A stretch of 64,000 nt of DNA, from contig CAWAKC010000011.1 in NCBI GenBank assembly GCA_963782525.1, positions 32,001-96,000 on the forward strand, given 5' to 3'. This document shows, piece after piece, positions 49,919 through 60,251 of this stretch (position 1 is its first letter; each line of letters opens with the position of its first letter). Both the position numbers and the translations under genes were made by a program. Below the pieces are notes generated by a model. It ran no database searches, was not told the origin of the DNA, and saw only the letters and a program-made list of their open reading frames with translations. This DNA comes from Candidatus Bathyarchaeota archaeon. GTDB taxonomy: Archaea > Thermoproteota > Bathyarchaeia > Bathyarchaeales > Bathycorpusculaceae.

Positions 49919-51232
49919 TTGAAAATCCAAAAACACGAAAAAATACTCCTACTAACAGGTCTGTTAATAACTAGCCTATTCCTTACCCTTCAAATCACCA
50001 ACGGTTTAACTGCCTCGGGCGATTTAGGCACACAAGTCGGCGGAACATTAGCAAACGATACAACCTGGACGACGGCAAATAGCCCATACATCATAACAAA
50101 CACCATAGTGGTTCCAGAAAACGTTAACTTAACAATCGAGCCAGGCGTAACAGTCACCATCCAATCCTCGGAAGCCTTAATGTTTCAAATAAACGGAGTA
50201 ATCCAGGCAGAAGGCAATACAACCAACAAAATCGTTTTCGACGGCAATGGCCACTCCAACTTTTTCAAAACGAACCACCCCGTCTCCGCAGGATTCTTAG
50301 ATCTTGATTTCTGCGTCATTAGAAACGGATTGAGCGCCTTCTGGTTTGACAACACCGCTTATTTGAACTTGACCAACTCAGACCTCAGCAACCTCTCACA
50401 GTTCTCATACCTCTGGTACCCCTCCCAAGACACCTTCATCGAATACAACACATTCACGAATTGTGCAGGCATCAAAATAGGAACAGACGACTATTACTCA
50501 AATTCATCAGGAATGGTCTACGTAAAATACAACCTTTTCACCAAAAACCAAGGATTCATCATCAACAACTACGCAAGCTATGGGCTAAGCAAAATCTGTG
50601 TTACTTACAATTCCTTCACTGGAACTTCAGGTGTAGTACTGGAGGTAGAACAAACATCAACCACAGCTGACATGGATGCATCCCAAAACTTCTGGGGGAC
50701 ATCCAACACAACAATCATCGATTTCATGCTCTACGACAAAAATGATGACGCTTCCTGTTCCAGCCTCATAAACTACTTACCTATTCTCGACGCCCCTGAC
50801 CCCGAAGTACCAATAGCGCCAACTCCAACTCCTACACCAACATCTGAACCTACATCGTTGCCATCAACCAGCACTGACCCCTCAACGTCTCCTTCCCCTT
50901 CAAATGGACCTACTACTTCACCAACACCTTCGACTAATCCGACTAATTCGCCAACTCCCGAACCAAACTCCAATACAGCAAGCCCTACTTCTAATTCAAC
51001 AGCCGATTCTACTAACAACCCGAACTCAGCTAATTCAAGCCCAACGTCCTCTTCCCAAGAACAACCGACTTCAAGCATATCCCCACAGAACCTACCAGAA
51101 CAACAACCAACACCGACCAATAGCCCGCAGGTCTTTGATACATCTAAAAACTATCTTCAAATCATAATTATGGTTGCCTTAGTAGCGCTTGCAATCGGCT
51201 TGACAGTTGCCTTTGTTAAGCGCAAATGGTAA
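49919..51232 (+). CDS. Surface protein with parallel beta-helix, Ser/Pro/Thr linker and TM anchor
   Basis: DTTWT.ANSPY, LTIEPG and DA..N.WGT motifs, low-complexity linker, TM helix plus KRK. Confidence 0.75.
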   Translation: MKIQKHEKILLLTGLLITSLFLTLQITNGLTASGDLGTQVGGTLANDTTWTTANSPYIITNTIVVPENVNLTIEPGVTVTIQSSEALMFQINGVIQAEGNTTNKIVFDGNGHSNFFKTNHPVSAGFLDLDFCVIRNGLSAFWFDNTAYLNLTNSDLSNLSQFSYLWYPSQDTFIEYNTFTNCAGIKIGTDDYYSNSSGMVYVKYNLFTKNQGFIINNYASYGLSKICVTYNSFTGTSGVVLEVEQTSTTADMDASQNFWGTSNTTIIDFMLYDKNDDASCSSLINYLPILDAPDPEVPIAPTPTPTPTSEPTSLPSTSTDPSTSPSPSNGPTTSPTPSTNPTNSPTPEPNSNTASPTSNSTADSTNNPNSANSSPTSSSQEQPTSSISPQNLPEQQPTPTNSPQVFDTSKNYLQIIIMVALVALAIGLTVAFVKRKW

Positions 51233-51267
51233 CTAAATTCCCAACTTTCTACCTGACTAATTGCTTC

Positions 51268-51699
51268 TTAGACGGGTGACCCTGTCGGGTAACGCCCTAA
51301 AGCATCCAAAATTTCATCACTTGTTGTCTTTTTTCCAACGTTGCGCACAAAATCCGAAGCCACAACAATCCCGACCAACTTGTTGTTCTTCAAAACTGGT
51401 AAACGCCGTATTCCGTTAGTCGACATTACCCTTGCCGCATCCTTGAGCGAAACGTCAGGTTCCACTGTTATGAGAGTTTTAGACATAATCTCTTCTACTT
51501 TAACGTCAGATGAACTTCTTTTTGCCACGATTCTTCGGACAATGTCGCGTTCTGTAATTATTCCAACTGGAAAATCTTTGTTCATAACGATTAAGCAGCC
51601 TAAACCTTCAGTGGACATGAGTTGGGCTGCTTCAAATACAGTTTTGTCAGTGTCGATGGTAGTTACGTCTTTAGTCATGATTTCTTTAACTGTTGGCAT
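51268..51699 (-). CDS. CBS-domain pair protein
   Basis: VKEIMT, GIITERD, V.EIMS, IRRLPV and LVGIV motifs. Start moved to ATG 51699. Confidence 0.88.
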   Translation of the reverse strand: MPTVKEIMTKDVTTIDTDKTVFEAAQLMSTEGLGCLIVMNKDFPVGIITERDIVRRIVAKRSSSDVKVEEIMSKTLITVEPDVSLKDAARVMSTNGIRRLPVLKNNKLVGIVVASDFVRNVGKKTTSDEILDALGRYPTGSPV

Positions 51700-51953
51700 A
51701 AAATCCTCAATTAAAGAAGGAAACCCAATTGAGATAAAAGGGTTGTCATAAGTAGGGTTTTCTTGTTTTGGCTTGGTAATCGCCAATATACCACCCGTAT
51801 AGGTTTTCTGAAAGGGTTGAATATTAGAATCCAAATATATCACCCAGATATTAAGGAAATACAGATGAAATGGGCTTCCAACTATTCGTCGCTTCCTTAA
51901 AATAATAAAAAGATACAATTTTCATTGAAGAAAAATAGTTTTGAGGATTTAAA

Positions 51954-52510
51954 ATGAAGGTTGAACTTGGAGCCAAAAACTGTCTTTATCCATTGCCGAC
52001 AACATTGGTTGGAGCATTGGTTAATGGGAAACCTAATTACGTAACTATAGCGCACGTTGGCATAATGGATCTTGAGTCAGTTTCTTTGGGTATGAACAAA
52101 CGGGCCACTACACCAACGCAGGAATTAAAGCAAACAAAACTTTCAGTATCAATATCCCCTCAACAACGATGATTAAAGAAACCGACCACTGTGGCTTAGT
52201 TTCAGGAAAAGACAAGAACAAAGCAGACATGTTCAAAACATTTTATGGAACACTCAAAACCGCTCCAATGATTGAACAATGCAGCATCAACATGGAATGC
52301 GAACTCATAAAAACCGTCGATTTCCCAAACCACGACGTATTTATTGGCAAAATTGCCAACACATTCTGTGACGAAACAATCCTCGAAGACGGCGAGGTAA
52401 ATATCGAAAAAGTCCAGCCAATATTGTTCGTGATGAATGACCGAAGCTACTATGGCTTAGGCAAAAAATTGGCTAAAGCTTGGAACATTGGAAAAGAACT
52501 CAACAAATAA
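51954..52510 (+). pseudogene. Flavin reductase (flavoredoxin) family gene split by a frameshift near 52101
   Basis: N-half LYPLP..LVG...GKPN. Alternative frame HYTNAGIKANKTFSINIP joins the C-half CGLVSG, APMIE.C and H.VFIG.I. Confidence 0.8.
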
Positions 52511-52546
52511 AACTCAATCGTATTAAAAGTCAATGGTGAACAATAA

Positions 52547-53119
52547 TTGACTACCGCGCTGAAAAGATGCTGGAACGTTGACAAACCTCTTTACATAAGA
52601 TACCACGATGAAGAATGGGGCGTCCCCATTCACGACGATCTGAAGTTGTTTGAGTTTTTGGTTTTGGATAGCTTTCAGGCAGGGTTGTCGTGGTGGATGA
52701 TTTTAGAGAGGCGAGAAGCGTTTAGGGCAGCGTTTGACAGTTTCGATCCCATTAAGATTGCAAAATACACAGCCAAAGACGTTGAACGTTTAATGCAGTC
52801 TCCTGGAGTAGTTAAGAATCGAGCCAAAATCTTAGCAACCATAACAAACTCTCAACAAGTTCTCAAAGTTCAAAAAGAATTCAGCTCCTTTGACACATTC
52901 ATCTGGCAGTTCGTACAAAGCAAAACAATACAGAATGCTTTCAAGGATTTTTCGGAAATGCCCGCTGAGACAGAGCAGTCCAGAGCGATGAGTCGGGAAC
53001 TCAAAACGAGGGGTTTTAAGTTTGTTGGTCCCACAATCTGCTATGCCTTCATGCAGGCTGCAGGACTGGTAAACGACCATTTAGTTGACTGCTTTCGATA
53101 CGCCCAACTTCAACGTTAA
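52547..53119 (+). CDS. tag: DNA-3-methyladenine glycosylase I
   Basis: RCW, YHDEEWG, FQAGLSW, GFKFVGPT and NDHL..C motifs. Confidence 0.93.
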   Translation: MTTALKRCWNVDKPLYIRYHDEEWGVPIHDDLKLFEFLVLDSFQAGLSWWMILERREAFRAAFDSFDPIKIAKYTAKDVERLMQSPGVVKNRAKILATITNSQQVLKVQKEFSSFDTFIWQFVQSKTIQNAFKDFSEMPAETEQSRAMSRELKTRGFKFVGPTICYAFMQAAGLVNDHLVDCFRYAQLQR

Positions 53120-53694
53120 ACTTGAGTTTTGTTTTTCTCATTGATTTGTATAAAGAGGTCTAATTCGGCGTTTGTTATGCCTGCTTGGCGTAGTTTAGCA
53201 ATGCAGGTTTGGTATCGTTTTTCGGTAAGCTTAACGGACTTAATGGGTTCTCCTTTTGTGCTTGTAAAGTGATTGGTTTCTTTGGAGGCTCTGTCTTTTT
53301 TTAGAACTATGCGTTGCTCTTTAAATCGATTGAGCGCTTCGCAGTCCTTAGTTAACATGCCAAACATAGTGTTTGGAAATTGTCTACAGCCCTCAGGCCG
53401 GATTTCGTAAATTGAACAGGACTTGTCAACGAGAAAAGGGCATGGGTTGTGCATGATGTAATGGTCGTATTCTGCTTCGCCAGTTTCAAATATTTCTCCC
53501 AACGATTCAAAGAGCGCTTTTAATTTAGCTTGGACCTCGGAGTTTTCTTGAGGTTTGACTTTGACTTCTCCTGCCGTCAAAAAATCATCAAGAGTACAAC
53601 AAACGCCACATCGACTGCACAAGAACGGCAGGTTAACAGACCAATCGCCCTTTTTGCTTTTAAATTCTAAATGCAGATAAAACGTGTCAACCAT
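53116..53694 (-). CDS. YkgJ-family CxxCxxCC cysteine-cluster protein
   Basis: CSRCGVCC, CPFL...CSIYE.RP..CR.FP. Confidence 0.85.
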   Translation of the reverse strand: MVDTFYLHLEFKSKKGDWSVNLPFLCSRCGVCCTLDDFLTAGEVKVKPQENSEVQAKLKALFESLGEIFETGEAEYDHYIMHNPCPFLVDKSCSIYEIRPEGCRQFPNTMFGMLTKDCEALNRFKEQRIVLKKDRASKETNHFTSTKGEPIKSVKLTEKRYQTCIAKLRQAGITNAELDLFIQINEKNKTQV

Positions 53695-53702
53695 CTAAGT
53701 GT

Positions 53703-55136
53703 TCATTCGTCCTTAGGCTTTTTGTTCTCTTTTCTGATGAAATCCCTTTCCACATAGAATAGTATTACGATTAGCCAAACTATGCCGAGTGCCATGAGGA
53801 CTAATTCGGCTAATGCTGTAATGTCAAATTGCGATATTGCTTCAGCAAAGGAGGTGCCTCCCAAAGAAAGCGGTGACCCAGGCATTATTTTTGGTGTTGG
53901 GCTCGGGGTCGGTGGAGGTGTTTGTGTAGGTATCGGTGTAGTTGTTGGTTCTGGTGTCGGAGTTGGAGAGGAAATTGGAGTATAAATGGCGGTTGGTCTG
54001 GGGGGTGGTGTTATCGTTGGCACAGGAATTGGCGTGGGATAAGGTGTCGGTGTTGGGGCGGGGACTAAGTTAATGTTTTGTATTGGTGGTGCTTGCGGGT
54101 TTGACTCATTTAAGTAAGGAGAAAAATTGACGGTTCCTAAGGTCGTGGAATTTTTATAGTCATAGATCGTTTGATTGATAGCTGTGGCATCTGCGGTTCC
54201 CCACCAGTTATATGGTGCATCAATTGAAGTCGTTAATGTCAGTTGAAAATTATATTTGGTGTTCCCAAAAAAGTTGTTTTGGGTTATGTTACTGTTAATA
54301 TTTGAATCCATTAATCCAACTTGGTTGTTTCCAAAGGTGTTGTTTCTTATTGTTCCCCCTCCATTGATTCCAATGGTATTATTTGCAAACGTGTTTCCTT
54401 CGATAGTTGCAGTGCTGATTGGCGTCGACAATCCAAATGTGTTGGATGTTACCAGATTTCTTGTTATCGTCGCATTGCCTGTTACGTAAATCCCAACATA
54501 GCAACCAGTTATGTTGTTGTCAGAAAAGAAAACGTTGTTTCCACAGCTAATCCCATAGTTGCCAGCACCGCTGGATTTGATAAAATTCCCTGAAATAACG
54601 GGGAAACCAGAATAGCCATTGCTAGTAGTGAGGCATGTAGCCCGTGTATCGAGGGCATTGTTTACAATTAAGGGAGAACCACCAGATACACTTATGGAAG
54701 TTAATTGGTTGTTGGTGAAGTAGTTGTTGCTTATTTTAGGGGAACTGTTACTAACGGTTATGCTTACTGAATTGAATATTGCGTTGTCAACGATGCAACC
54801 AGTGTTCGAGGTAGGGCTCCAACTTTTGCTTGTAGATAGGAATTGGACTCGGATATTGTAAAAGAAGTATGATGTTTGAAAGATAATTTTGTTATCCCTT
54901 GTTCCGGCAGCGTTTAATGTTCCACCTATCATCAACGAAAAGGATGCAAGATCGACGGTTGTGCCGGGTTCTATAGTTAAAGTGACGCCAGCATTTACGG
55001 TAACGCTTCCCATGAGAATGTATGGGGTGTTGGCTTGGGTCCAAGTGGTGTCCTGAGTGATTGTTCCACTTACTGGAGTAGAAGCATGCACGTTAGCGAC
55101 TAGAAACAGGCTGATTACCAAAGTCGCGATAACCAA
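53703..55136 (-). CDS. Surface protein with parallel beta-helix (NosD/CASH-like), Pro/Thr linker and TM anchor
   Basis: DTTWT.ANTPY, N-rich repeats, DA.YNWWGT, paralog of 49919-51232. Confidence 0.75.
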   Translation of the reverse strand: MVIATLVISLFLVANVHASTPVSGTITQDTTWTQANTPYILMGSVTVNAGVTLTIEPGTTVDLASFSLMIGGTLNAAGTRDNKIIFQTSYFFYNIRVQFLSTSKSWSPTSNTGCIVDNAIFNSVSITVSNSSPKISNNYFTNNQLTSISVSGGSPLIVNNALDTRATCLTTSNGYSGFPVISGNFIKSSGAGNYGISCGNNVFFSDNNITGCYVGIYVTGNATITRNLVTSNTFGLSTPISTATIEGNTFANNTIGINGGGTIRNNTFGNNQVGLMDSNINSNITQNNFFGNTKYNFQLTLTTSIDAPYNWWGTADATAINQTIYDYKNSTTLGTVNFSPYLNESNPQAPPIQNINLVPAPTPTPYPTPIPVPTITPPPRPTAIYTPISSPTPTPEPTTTPIPTQTPPPTPSPTPKIMPGSPLSLGGTSFAEAISQFDITALAELVLMALGIVWLIVILFYVERDFIRKENKKPKDE

Positions 55137-55234
55137 CGTCAGCCAGATGAGCTTTCTCGTTCTTCCACCACACTAAGGTGGCTGGCTGAAAATTTAAAAC
55201 TATGCAGAAACACTAAACATAAAAAAAAGATGTT

Positions 55235-56677
55235 TTACCTGATTTTACGGTCTAATATTGTTCCGTTGGCATCGATGAGTTTTATTTCAAGGGGCATCTG
55301 TCCGACGGCGTGTGTTGCGCAGCTGAGGCATGGGTCGAAGGCTCGAATGACGGCTTCTACGCGGTTTAGCATGCCTTCTTGGAGCTCGCGGGCTTTGACG
55401 TATTTTTTGGCTACTTGCGTTACCGCCTTGTTGTAGGCGATGTTGTTGTGTTCGGTTGCGATGATCATGTTGTTCCATGTTATCATGCCTTGGGTGTCCA
55501 CTTTGTAGTGGTGGATGAGTGTGCCTCTTGGCGCTTCTGCGACGCCGACACCTTCGTAGTTGTTGACTAGGGCTTTGGATGTGACGTGTTCAGATAGAAT
55601 TTCTGGGTCATGTAGCAAGTCTTTGGCGTTTTCGATGCAGAACAACATTTCGATTAAGCGTGCGTAGTGGTAGTGGAAGGTGCTTTGGACGACGCCGTTC
55701 TTGCCTAACTTCTTAAATTGCTTTAGTTCCTCGTCTGCTAAGGGGGTGCCGCAATGGGTTGCCACGTTTAGTCTTGCTAGTGGTCCGACCCGGTAGGCGC
55801 CGTCTGGGTAACCGATGGCTTTGAAGTAGGGGAACTTCATGAAAGAATATGGTTCAACTGCTTCTCCAATGAAGTCTCTGTAAGTTGTTGGGTCAACGCA
55901 TTCTGCAGCCACTTTGCCGTTTGGATCCATGATTCGGAGAGTGCCGTCGTAGTGTTCTAAGCCGCCGTCTGGAGCCACCAAGCCCATGTAGTAGGATGGG
56001 AAGTTGCCGAAGTTCTCAACCTCTTCCCCAAAGTCACCGAGCATTTTCTTATACAACTCAAGCGTCTTCTGAGTGCCGTCCAATGCTTCGGGCAGGTTGG
56101 CGCATAGGTAATCAGCTCTTTCCTGAGTAAGCGGCCATTTGGCCCCGCCTGGCAGTATCCAATCGCTGGAATGGATTTTTTTGCCAGCGACTCTTTCAAT
56201 TATTTCTTGTCCAAACTTGCGTAGTTTGATCCCGCGCATTGCTAATTCAGGGTTCTTTTCAATCAAGCCAAACACATTTCGCTGGGCAGGGTCAGAATCA
56301 AAACCCAACAGTAAATCGGGTGAGGATAGATGGAAAAAGTTGAGGGCATGGGATTGAATTAGTTGTCCCATGTGCATAAGGCGACGCAGCATTATAGCGG
56401 TTTTTGGTGGGTTCACTCCGACGATGGCGTCGCAGGCTTTGGCAGAGGCTAAGAGGTGGCTGACAGGGCAAATGCCACAGGCTCGGCTTGTTATGCTGGG
56501 CATTTCGTAGAAGGGTCTGCCTTCGGTGAATTTTTCGAAACCGCGGAAGTCCACTACTTTGAAGAGGGCTTCATTTACGGTGTCATCTTGGTTTAGCAAA
56601 ATCGTTACTTGTGCGTGTCCTTCAATGCGTGTGATGGGGCTTATTGTGATTTTCTTTTTGTTTTCTAGTTTAGCCAT
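55235..56677 (-). CDS. hoxH: [NiFe]-hydrogenase large subunit (group 3d-like)
   Basis: [27 protein letters not shown] and DPCLSCATH motifs plus C-terminal extension. Confidence 0.9.
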   Translation of the reverse strand: MAKLENKKKITISPITRIEGHAQVTILLNQDDTVNEALFKVVDFRGFEKFTEGRPFYEMPSITSRACGICPVSHLLASAKACDAIVGVNPPKTAIMLRRLMHMGQLIQSHALNFFHLSSPDLLLGFDSDPAQRNVFGLIEKNPELAMRGIKLRKFGQEIIERVAGKKIHSSDWILPGGAKWPLTQERADYLCANLPEALDGTQKTLELYKKMLGDFGEEVENFGNFPSYYMGLVAPDGGLEHYDGTLRIMDPNGKVAAECVDPTTYRDFIGEAVEPYSFMKFPYFKAIGYPDGAYRVGPLARLNVATHCGTPLADEELKQFKKLGKNGVVQSTFHYHYARLIEMLFCIENAKDLLHDPEILSEHVTSKALVNNYEGVGVAEAPRGTLIHHYKVDTQGMITWNNMIIATEHNNIAYNKAVTQVAKKYVKARELQEGMLNRVEAVIRAFDPCLSCATHAVGQMPLEIKLIDANGTILDRKIR

Positions 56678-57212
56678 ATTTTGATCTTCCCTCCATTACG
56701 GGTGCCCTGCCAGCCAACAGCTCTGTTAAGACGTAGTTTATGAGGTCGGCGTGGGGTGGGCACCCAGGAATGAAAAAGTCAACTTTAACGATTTCATGCA
56801 GTGGACGGGCGTGAATCAACAATTTGGGCACGGAGGTTGGGATGGCGGCGTTGAGGTCAGTGGGGTCCTTGTAAGCACGTTCCAACACGGCTTGGTCGCT
56901 GTGACGCCAAGAATTCCGCAACGCAGTGACGTTGCCCGTGACGGCGCAGTCGCCCAATGAAATCAGGATTTTTGTTCTTGAGCGGACTTTCTTTAGCATA
57001 GCAAGTTGCTCTTCATTTGCTACGGCGCCTTCGATGAGTGTGGCGTCGACGTTTTCCGGGAACTCCTTCACATCGGCAATTGGGCTGTAAACCAAAGTTA
57101 TCTTCTTCGCCAAATCCACTAGTCGCTCGTCCTGGTCAAGGAAGCTCATGTGGCAACCTGAGCAACCGCTAAGCCAAACCGTCGCTACACGGACTTTTGT
57201 GTTTGCGCTCAT
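56670..57212 (-). CDS. hoxY: [NiFe]-hydrogenase small subunit (single-cluster HoxY type)
   Basis: WLSGCSGCHMSFLD, EGAV, GDCAVTGNV and PGCPP motifs, 180 aa. Confidence 0.9.
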   Translation of the reverse strand: MSANTKVRVATVWLSGCSGCHMSFLDQDERLVDLAKKITLVYSPIADVKEFPENVDATLIEGAVANEEQLAMLKKVRSRTKILISLGDCAVTGNVTALRNSWRHSDQAVLERAYKDPTDLNAAIPTSVPKLLIHARPLHEIVKVDFFIPGCPPHADLINYVLTELLAGRAPVMEGRSKYG

Positions 57213-57916
57213 TTGCGGTTCCTTCTATCAAGAATGAACTCTGCTATATCCCGTTTCTTGGTATGTTCGATTGGTTCGCCTTCGATGTAGATGGCTCCGA
57301 CTGGGCACACTTTGGCACATTTGCGGCAAGAAGTACAGGAGCAAGCTTTAGCCCAGTTCTCGTCTAGATCCATGATGACCTGTGAGTCTTTGCCTCGGAG
57401 CTTTAAGTCAAGGGTGTGGACGCCTTCGATTTGGTCGCAGACGCGAATGCATCTTGTACAAAGGATGCAACGGTTGCGATCGATTACGAGGAAGTCATGG
57501 GTTGAGTCAATTTCGTCGTGGCTCCAGTTCCGCTCAAACATGACGTGGTCGACTCCAAGTTGGTTAGCCAATGCTTGAAGTTCACAGTGATCGTCAGCGA
57601 CACATACTGAGCAGATGTGCGTGCGTTCTGCAAGGAGCAATTGAACTGCCATTTTTCGGTATTCTTTTAGTTTGTCAGATTGGGTAGTTACTTCCATGCT
57701 TGGTCCTACAGGTGTGATGCAGGCAGGGAAAAGTTTAGGTGTTCCACTGACTTCAACGAGGCAAAGTCGGCATCCGCCGTACGCTGTTAAGCCTTCAAGG
57801 TTGCAGAGTGTTGGGATGATTATGCCGTTTTCCGTTGCAGCCTTAAGGATGGTAATGCCCTCGGGGACAGTGACTTCGACGCCGTCGATTTTTAGTTTAA
57901 CAAGGTTAACGCTCAT
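57209..57916 (-). CDS. hoxU: Diaphorase Fe-S subunit HoxU
   Basis: IPTLC, GGCRLC, H.C.VC....CELQ, RCILCTRC.R.C and CTSC.KC..VCP motifs. Confidence 0.9.
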   Translation of the reverse strand: MSVNLVKLKIDGVEVTVPEGITILKAATENGIIIPTLCNLEGLTAYGGCRLCLVEVSGTPKLFPACITPVGPSMEVTTQSDKLKEYRKMAVQLLLAERTHICSVCVADDHCELQALANQLGVDHVMFERNWSHDEIDSTHDFLVIDRNRCILCTRCIRVCDQIEGVHTLDLKLRGKDSQVIMDLDENWAKACSCTSCRKCAKVCPVGAIYIEGEPIEHTKKRDIAEFILDRRNRK

Positions 57917-59564
57917 TCAATTCCTCCTCATCGCGGGTTTTGAAGCATTTATCCGCCTCACACTGCTTATCCACAATATGCTTAACATACTCGTCTTTGA
58001 AGTAACGCAGAGTCGTGATGATTGGGTTAGGCGCTGTCTGCCCCAATCCGCAGAGGCTGGCATCGCGGATATAAACACTAGATTTTTCTAAAGTGGCGAT
58101 GTCGCTCATTTCTCCTTGTCCATGAGTGATTTTCTCGAAGATTTCTTTCATTCGAGCTAAGCCTGCTCGGCAAGGTGTGCATTTGCCGCAGGATTCGTCG
58201 ATGCAGAATTCAGTAAAGAACCGGGCAGTGTCAACCATGCAGGAGTCTTCATCGATTACGACTATTCCACCTGAGCCCATGATTGCACCAACCTTGGTTA
58301 AGGAGTCATAGTCGATGGGGATTTCCAGAAGGGTGTCTGGCAGACAACCCCCTGAGGGTCCCCCGACGAGAACAGCTTTGAATTTTTTGCTGTCAGGAAC
58401 TCCGCCACCAATGTCAAACACGACTTCCCTGAGAGAGATGCCCATGGGCACTTCAATTAAGCCAGGGTTGTTAATTTTGCCAGTCAACGAGAAGCATTTG
58501 GTTCCAGAACATTTTGGTGTGCCTGTCTTTGAGAACCAGTATCCTCCGTTCTGGACGATAAGCGGTATATTAGCTAACGTTTCCACGTTCTGAATAAGCG
58601 TAGGTTTCTGCCAAAGTCCAGAGTTAGCTGGGTATGGAGGGCGTGGGCGAGGCATCGCTCTTCGACCTTCAACTGAAGCCAGAATAGCCGTTTCTTCCCC
58701 AGCCACGAATGCGCCTGCGCCGAAACGAAGTTCCAGGTCAAATTTGAATGTTGTTTCCAATATTTTTTCTCCCAGCAGCGACATCGCTTTTGCTTGAGCG
58801 ATGGCTTTCTGCAGGGTTTGAATGGCGAGTGGATATTCGGAGCGGATGTAGATGTATCCTTTCTCGGCTCCTATTGCATATGCGGCTATGAGCATGCCTT
58901 CGATTATGGCGTGGGGGTCAGCTTCGGCTAAAGTTCTGTTGGCGAAGACACCTGGGTCGCCTTCATCGAGGTTTGCCACTATGTATTTTGGTGTATTATG
59001 TGATCTAGACACTAAACTCCATTTTTGTCCCGTTGGAAACCCCGCGCCGCCTCTTCCTCTAAGACCGCTTGTGACGACTTCATAGATTACGCCTTGCGGT
59101 GTCATGGTGGCTAGACATTTAGCTAAAGCGGAGTAGCCGCCAGCTGAAATATAATCTTGAATTCTTGACGGATCAATTTTTCCAGCGTTCCGCAGAACGA
59201 GTCTGTGCTGTTTTTGGAAGTACGCTTCGTTTTTGTAGAGCATTTCTTTGACGGGTAACCCTAAAACTATGTGGTCGCGGACGATTTCTCTTACTTTTTC
59301 GGGGGTTACGCTTTGGTAGAGGTAGTCGCCTGGTTCAACAAGCACCGCTGGACCAACTGAGCATGTACCTATGCAGCCTGTTCGGGCAACTTTGCATTCT
59401 TTTTCCACTCCGAATTCTTTAACTGCTTCTTCGAAGGCCTTGAGTACTTTCAAGGCGCCAAATGGCACACAACCGCTTGAGCAGCATACGTTGATGCGGT
59501 ACTTGTAGGCTCTTTGAAAATCAAGTTCTTGCTCAGCTATCTTCTGTAAATCATCAAGTTTCAA
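57906..59564 (-). CDS. hoxF: Diaphorase NADH/FMN-binding subunit HoxF (NuoF-like, N-terminal thioredoxin-like 2Fe-2S)
   Basis: SGLRGRGGAGFPTG, DEGDPG, GEETA, GGPSGG, ESCGKC.PCR and SLCGLGQ motifs. Confidence 0.9.
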   Translation of the reverse strand: MKLDDLQKIAEQELDFQRAYKYRINVCCSSGCVPFGALKVLKAFEEAVKEFGVEKECKVARTGCIGTCSVGPAVLVEPGDYLYQSVTPEKVREIVRDHIVLGLPVKEMLYKNEAYFQKQHRLVLRNAGKIDPSRIQDYISAGGYSALAKCLATMTPQGVIYEVVTSGLRGRGGAGFPTGQKWSLVSRSHNTPKYIVANLDEGDPGVFANRTLAEADPHAIIEGMLIAAYAIGAEKGYIYIRSEYPLAIQTLQKAIAQAKAMSLLGEKILETTFKFDLELRFGAGAFVAGEETAILASVEGRRAMPRPRPPYPANSGLWQKPTLIQNVETLANIPLIVQNGGYWFSKTGTPKCSGTKCFSLTGKINNPGLIEVPMGISLREVVFDIGGGVPDSKKFKAVLVGGPSGGCLPDTLLEIPIDYDSLTKVGAIMGSGGIVVIDEDSCMVDTARFFTEFCIDESCGKCTPCRAGLARMKEIFEKITHGQGEMSDIATLEKSSVYIRDASLCGLGQTAPNPIITTLRYFKDEYVKHIVDKQCEADKCFKTRDEEELNER

Positions 59565-60042
59565 CTTTAACCCCTCCCAGTGCTTCCTTTATTTTTTGAA
59601 TTACAACCTCTTTGGTTGCTTTTCCGATAACTTGGTCGTCTACAACAATGTTTGGCGCCATGGCGCATGCGCCGATGCAGCGGGTTAAAAGCAGGGAGAG
59701 CTTGCCGTCTGCTGTGGAGCCTCCTCGTTTGAGGTCAAATTTTTCTTCAATGGCCTCAATGATTTGCTCCACACCCTTCACGTAGCAAGCAGTGCCTAAG
59801 CAACCTGTAACGACGTGTTCACCTGATTTTTTAAGTTTAAAGAAGCTGTAAAATGTAACTACGCCAAAAACGTGGCTTGGAGGAAGATTCAATGAGCCAG
59901 AAATATCCATAAGTAAATCTTTGTCTAAATAACCGTAAATTTCCTGAGCTTGATGTAGGATTTCCAGTAGAGCGCTTTCTTGGTAATTATTGTCTTTCAA
60001 GACTTTTTCCAGCAACGCACGCCTTTTATCGTCTCTTATCAA
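59554..60042 (-). CDS. hoxE: HoxE (NuoE-like 2Fe-2S subunit)
   Basis: V.GV.TFY..F, CLGTACYVKG and RCIGAC..AP motifs. Confidence 0.9.
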   Translation of the reverse strand: MIRDDKRRALLEKVLKDNNYQESALLEILHQAQEIYGYLDKDLLMDISGSLNLPPSHVFGVVTFYSFFKLKKSGEHVVTGCLGTACYVKGVEQIIEAIEEKFDLKRGGSTADGKLSLLLTRCIGACAMAPNIVVDDQVIGKATKEVVIQKIKEALGGVKVET

Positions 60043-60251
60043 GAACTATTTTCCTCCGTAACGTTGTTTTTCGTTAATACGATCTAAAGGCTTACAGAAG
60101 TGGAAATATAAAAGGGTACAGGAAACATTTCGCCAGGCTTTGCCATGAAAAAATCAGCTTGAAATTGAATAATTTTCTATGACGAGTGATTTGATTTAGT
60201 TTGAATAAAAATTAAAAATGAAAAATAGCCCTTTGAGAAAGGGAAAAAAAA

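Noticed and set aside
55235-57212. Selenocysteine or pyrrolysine recoding in hydrogenase subunits
   Set aside because: The ligand positions are ordinary Cys codons, with no in-frame stops.
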